Of a stretch of 64,000 nucleotides of DNA, positions 62,701-64,000 are shown in pieces. A model generated the notes under the pieces. That model saw only the letters and a list, made by a program, of their open reading frames with translations, was not told where the DNA came from and ran no database searches. The position numbers and the translations under genes were made by a program. Every line of letters starts with the position of its first letter. The stretch's first letter is position 1. The DNA is from Azolla caroliniana (lineage: Eukaryota > Plantae > Polypodiophyta): contig JBHGNT010000004.1 in NCBI GenBank assembly GCA_043228905.1, forward strand, positions 16,244,001-16,308,000, in the 5' to 3' direction.

Positions 62701-63094
62701 AGGTCTAGGTTCATTGAAAGAACCTGGATCTCTATTTGCAGTTGTATTTTACGCTGGGGATCCAGTGACCCCTCTAATTCAAGCTCATGTTGTGCAACCT
62801 ATTCCAGATAATGCTTGATTAGCACATTTTACCCTTAAAGTTATTTATAACACAATCACATACCAACAAAACAATAGTTACCTGAATCTTATTTCTAATC
62901 GTTGTAACATCGGAAGTAACTTTGCTCTCCATTGCAGAAGCCATTGTGGCTTTCTCTAAATCAGTCTTAAAAAATGCCAATGTCTCATAGGCTTCATTGG
63001 TGGGTTCTGTGTTGTAGCTCTCAATCTGCAATATCGATTTTCTGCTGCTGCGGGAGCTACGTCTGCGTTCGTGCTCTGAGTACTCCATCTGCAT
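59766..63094 (-). CDS. Putative spliced gene or pseudogene: coiled-coil, RING-like finger, low-complexity linker, then FCP1/NIF (HAD) phosphatase-like domain
   Basis: Phase-0 GT-AG introns at 62799-62881 and 62571-62654 join open exons. RING-like CIAC...PCNHTYHLLC...CLGDC. FCP1-like PLILELDKVL...RRDANQFLEWVVQYFDLFIWS...YNADNTLILD. Downstream junctions are uncertain, and there is an apparent frameshift at about 60428. Confidence 0.55.
61535..62220. repeat. Second TAGCTAATTAGCTA array, inside a putative intron of the minus-strand gene
   Basis: Same palindromic core as 56265-57556. Donor-like CAG|GTATAC at 62237/62236. Confidence 0.9.
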
Positions 63095-64000
63095 TCAAAA
63101 TCAAACTTAGGCTAAACAGGAAATTGATGACATTGAAGTCGACCTTAGATGATGGTGCTATTCCCCAAGTTCCACTACGTCTGAAACAGAAGTTCAAATA
63201 TTTGAGTTTTTTCATAAATTAGTTTTTCAAATATTTGATTTTCCCATAAAAAAGACTAGCTAAACAAATAGCTAATTAGCTATGGTCATTTTAGTAGCTA
63301 ATTAGCTATAATAGTGTTTCCACTCGCATGCTTTTACCCTAATACATCATAGTTCTTTACCTATTGCTTTAGTTTCCTACCAGTACTAATATTCTATGAA
63401 CACTCATAAAAATGTTTGTATAAAATTCTCCCTTTTGTGTCTGTACTAATGGTCTACTCACTTAATGTTTTAGTATTCTTATTAACAACTTAGTATTGTC
63501 CTATCATGTCTTGAAATGTGCATCTAAACTAATTGGCCATTTAGTTCTGTCCTCCCACGTGCACAAGTATTGATTAAGGTTTAAGCCTTGTAAAGTATCC
63601 TTAATTTGCAACTTAGTACCGTCCTCCTTGGTTAGCAAACAAGATATCGTTTCTCATTGTTAGCTTTTTTATGAACTTTTTCGTTTGAAATTTGGATATG
63701 TTATGAGCTTTTTTTCTCTACCTAGATCTTCATATCTACACTTTGCTTTTTTTCTACTTTTGGAAAATACCTCTAACTTTATATCCCTTCAAGTTCCTTC
63801 CTTCGTTGATACTTGAATATTTCATATTGCACTTTATTCTTCGACATCTCTGCATCCAATGTATGTGCAACGAATTTCTCATGAACAAAAATTGATTTCA
63901 CAATATCAATGAACCCTACCTGAGTCCATCTTTGTGGCACGTTCGGCTTATTTGTACTACTATGTTATTTCCTATCGGGGGTGGTTTCACACTTTTTATC

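Overview
A TE-dense 64-kb window from a land plant. A fern or other non-seed plant is inferred from the Sola-type transposases, the Tf1/Tcn1-like chromoviruses and a MIZ1 gene. There is one clear host gene, an intronless MIZU-KUSSEI1-like (DUF617) gene at 19627-21177 (-). The rest is mostly nested mobile DNA. It includes two structurally complete Ty1/Copia elements with TSDs (992-6614 and 42415-47756), several decayed Copia and Gypsy copies, solo LTRs, two LINE 3' fragments, a pogo-like MITE, a Sola1-like and two Sola2-like transposase pseudogenes, and microsatellite fields. Three observations stand out. (1) Four LTRs carry an antisense tRNA-derived module (A box and B box 43-44 nt apart) at or near the U3 terminus. 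(2) One of these LTRs also shows a Tf1-type self-priming inverted repeat and a perfect 4-unit heat-shock element. (3) A large Sola2-like element appears to carry a convergent, spliced RING + FCP1/NIF pseudo-phosphatase gene, and both genes have introns filled with the same palindromic TAGCTAATTAGCTA array. All calls come from reading the sequence by eye; no searches were run.
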